Source of the DNA: Patescibacteria group bacterium
Lineage (GTDB): Bacteria; Patescibacteriota; Patescibacteriia; UBA2591; CALHIP01
NCBI GenBank assembly: GCA_026417895.1
Contig: JAOACJ010000003.1
Coordinates: 1-61,804, forward strand
Reading direction: 5' to 3'
Length of the DNA stretch: 61,804 nt
Part shown: piece after piece, positions 60,501-61,804 of the stretch
Layout: every line of letters begins with the position of its first letter
How positions within the stretch are numbered: position 1 is the stretch's first letter
Translations under genes and position numbers: made by a program
The notes under the pieces: generated by a model
Database searches by the model: none
Seen by the model: only the letters and a program-made list of their open reading frames with translations
Told to the model about the DNA's origin: nothing

Positions 60501-61052
60501 TACTTTTATGCCGGTAGAGATTTGATAAAGATCTTTAAGAAACTTATCAAGGCCAGCAATAATGCTATTTTTAAATCTCGCTTCTTCAATTAAATCGAGA
60601 TCATTAATTTCTGATAGGTGGTATTTCTGAACAATTTGCCTCTCTTCTTTCTCTTGGGCATTAACTTTTTCAGTATTCCAAAGAATCAACTCTTTAAAAT
60701 TTGAGGTGGCAAAATATTTTGCTTTTTGACTATTTGCTTTTTCCCAGGCCGGCATTTTCAATTCTTTTTCGTCAAATGGATCAAAATATGGCGGTTTAAA
60801 TTCCATTTCACAGAGAATTTCTCTAATCCGACGAGTTTTATAGACAGCTGCGTCTGGATATTTTCCATCTTTACTAATAGTTTCTACATCAGGTAAACCC
60901 AAATCAAGACTGTTTTGTTCAATAATATTTCTCATCCAATGCATTAGTATCGCCACAGCTGATCTTTCTGTCTTGTGTGATGAAATATCAAAGGGGCTAG
61001 AAATTCTAGTCTCGGTTGTTTTAGAAATCTTACCTAATTTTTTACTTTTCAT
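57549..61052 (-). CDS. Type IIG-like fused restriction endonuclease/N6-adenine methyltransferase
   Basis: N-terminal YPD...EMEFK nuclease motif, LGQYFT..IV, ILDPACGAGTFL (motif I), VGNPPY (motif IV), VRFGIKTGAN.FF, TRD-like C-terminus. Confidence 0.9.
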   Translation of the reverse strand: MKSKKLGKISKTTETRISSPFDISSHKTERSAVAILMHWMRNIIEQNSLDLGLPDVETISKDGKYPDAAVYKTRRIREILCEMEFKPPYFDPFDEKELKMPAWEKANSQKAKYFATSNFKELILWNTEKVNAQEKEERQIVQKYHLSEINDLDLIEEARFKNSIIAGLDKFLKDLYQISTGIKVEPKLAIDEFLIWRLQEIIKKLAHYYQAIIYDQAHKDSKFIKDLRKWFIDQGWSFAWQNSDFDKAARQTAYLLVNKILFYNVLQSKRSNELNPLSIPEDITKGGLLKSFLQGYFGQVLKIDYETIYTTDFIDQLAFPESQEVVEEIKKLVNLLKRYDFSTLGFDIVGRVFERLIPEDERHTLGQYFTNPDIVDLILKFCLRHEDDKILDPACGAGTFLVRAYQHKKLMNQRLSHEKILNDLWGIDIAKFPAHLATINLAINDLSVDKNYPRIIQKDFFDLLSFEDQGFQLPEDVRKIMLKTVSGKELEIIHPRWFEVIVGNPPYTRQEEISEISGEKTYKERLINKALTYGPRKTANISKRAGIYTYFFIHGTKFLKNNGRFGFIVSNAWLDVEYGTGLQEFFLKNYKIIAVIESKVERWFEDADINTCLVILEKASGLEFKKERDENLVRFVYLLKPLRHFIPPAQDIWEKQKQRLDKIDELIKTIKFHNEFYQNDELRIYPKRQSELWDEGFDIEKQKYIGSKWGKYIRAPEIFFKILEKGKDKLVPLKEIADVRFGIKTGANEFFYLTEEEIKRRKIEKEFWMHQDENGHWLPNYVIKSPRECKSIIVKPKDLKYRVLMIHKDKKELKGTNVLKYILEGERKGFHKRPTCAGREMWWALPDERHEILWWVNIGERFACFLNPSQIYADKMFYYLTLKDGSYKKVFLSIINSTLQRLIIENSGQELTGALTVVTLTVDHLKNLFFINIKKLSGNIIKKLEKCFDIISKRTIGNIFEEIGTENSQTVSLDKIKPDRRELDRIIMGEILGLTDEEQLEVYRAVVDLVKSRIEKAKSVDKKKKTKTGIDIEALINTVLEKIGENTLKKFYKEKILYRKDLILKKLPSKIDKLKIRKSTLGWVLDYKKNNFINCRSEIEARYLKIWLEVGAQSIKIPKSQKYLEKIIDDLERTKSNIDGIIKDYLDSILDQKIKNQILYQIWQRII

Positions 61053-61362
61053 AATTTTTTAATATCTCCCTAACTATTCTTTTAGCAATTTCAAAGGCGG
61101 CAGCAATACGAATCACTTTTACATCACCTAAACCTTTAATTTTTAATAAATTCTTAAGTGGTTGATTAGATAAACCTTTAAAAGAATTAAATTTTTCTAA
61201 AAGTTCTTGGGCTATGTTTTCGGCTGTTTTTCCTTTGATGCCAGTTGAAATAAGAATAGCTAAAAGTTCGGCATTAGAAAGTTTATCAGGACCAAGTTCT
61301 CTGAGTTTTCCGCCTGGGTGTTTCCATTTTTGGACATTTTTTCGTTTTTTATGTCTTCTCAT
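61042..61362 (-). CDS. Stand-alone RadC N-terminal (UPF0758 HhH) domain protein
   Basis: HPGGKL...G...LSNAELLAILI.TG, L..IKGLG.VK..RI.AA.EI.KR; no JAB domain; overlaps the RM gene start by 11 nt. Confidence 0.85.
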   Translation of the reverse strand: MRRHKKRKNVQKWKHPGGKLRELGPDKLSNAELLAILISTGIKGKTAENIAQELLEKFNSFKGLSNQPLKNLLKIKGLGDVKVIRIAAAFEIAKRIVREILKNYEK

Positions 61363-61384
61363 AAATTCTCTTGATTTATCTTCT

Positions 61385-61804
61385 TTATTTTACCAAAATT
61401 ACAGAAAATGTCCTTTTCCTGCCCTTTACTTTTTTTGAATATTTTTTAGTTAATAGTTCTGCCGCTTTAATTGCTTTATTTACGATCATTTTGCCGCGGA
61501 CAAGAGTCGTTGGGCCGGGAATATCTTTAAGTTCAATTAAAATATCGCCTTTCTTAGCAATTTTTTTTAATTTCAAATTTTCTTCATGGTTTCGACCGAC
61601 AATAATTAAGGTTTTGTCCAACCAAAAGTGTCGGCCAAGTCTTAGAAGTTTAGTATCGTTTTCATCTAAATTACCAAAATTTTCAAGCATCGTTTTCAGT
61701 CTTTTTGCAAATTCTCGATCGCATAAAAGACAACCGCCAGCCGGTGCGGGATAATTTTTTAAATTATATTTTTTAGCCAATTCTATTTGTGACACTCGTC
61801 GACG
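61385..61804 (-). CDS. C-terminal part of a ThiI/MnmA-like tRNA thiouridylase-family protein (runs off the window)
   Basis: Q.ELAKKY....YPAPAGGCLL.D..F..RL, LLRLGRHF, IIVGRN..EN; frame open to the window edge. Confidence 0.75.
   Translation of the reverse strand, partial: RRRVSQIELAKKYNLKNYPAPAGGCLLCDREFAKRLKTMLENFGNLDENDTKLLRLGRHFWLDKTLIIVGRNHEENLKLKKIAKKGDILIELKDIPGPTTLVRGKMIVNKAIKAAELLTKKYSKKVKGRKRTFSVILVK

Overview
AT-rich bacterial chromosomal window using the standard genetic code. Gene content and style suggest a Patescibacteria/CPR (Parcubacteria-like) genome; this is an inference. It is mostly housekeeping: rpoD-dnaG, ppsA, groES-groEL, secG, ileS, smpB-ssrA, infC-rpmI-rplT, lgt, iscS-iscU, rnj, trpS, murI, glyA and folD. 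It also has five tRNAs (Asn, Ser, Leu, Asp, Arg), tmRNA and a probable degenerate SRP RNA. tRNA/RNA-modification genes are unusually dense (tgt, queA, queH, elp3, a Trm9-like methyltransferase, TrmH family, rtcA, a thiouridylase fragment), and a type IIG restriction-modification gene lies near the right end. I saw no CRISPR array, transposase, integrase or phage genes. Top leads: (1) Elp3 plus a Trm9/ALKBH8-like methyltransferase 1.3 kb apart, suggesting a eukaryote/archaea-like (m)cm5U34 wobble pathway in a bacterium. (2) A 4.5S-like SRP RNA that appears to lack the apical Ffh-binding hairpin. (3) A family of 7-nt tandem arrays that flank an internally deleted four-helix-bundle gene and sit in frame inside many essential genes. 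(4) A tightly packed RtcA-DUF763-TrmH-radical SAM-AMMECR1-phosphoesterase operon. (5) A secreted protein with an apparently circularly permuted jelly-roll domain. All family assignments come from motif recognition by eye; no database search was run.
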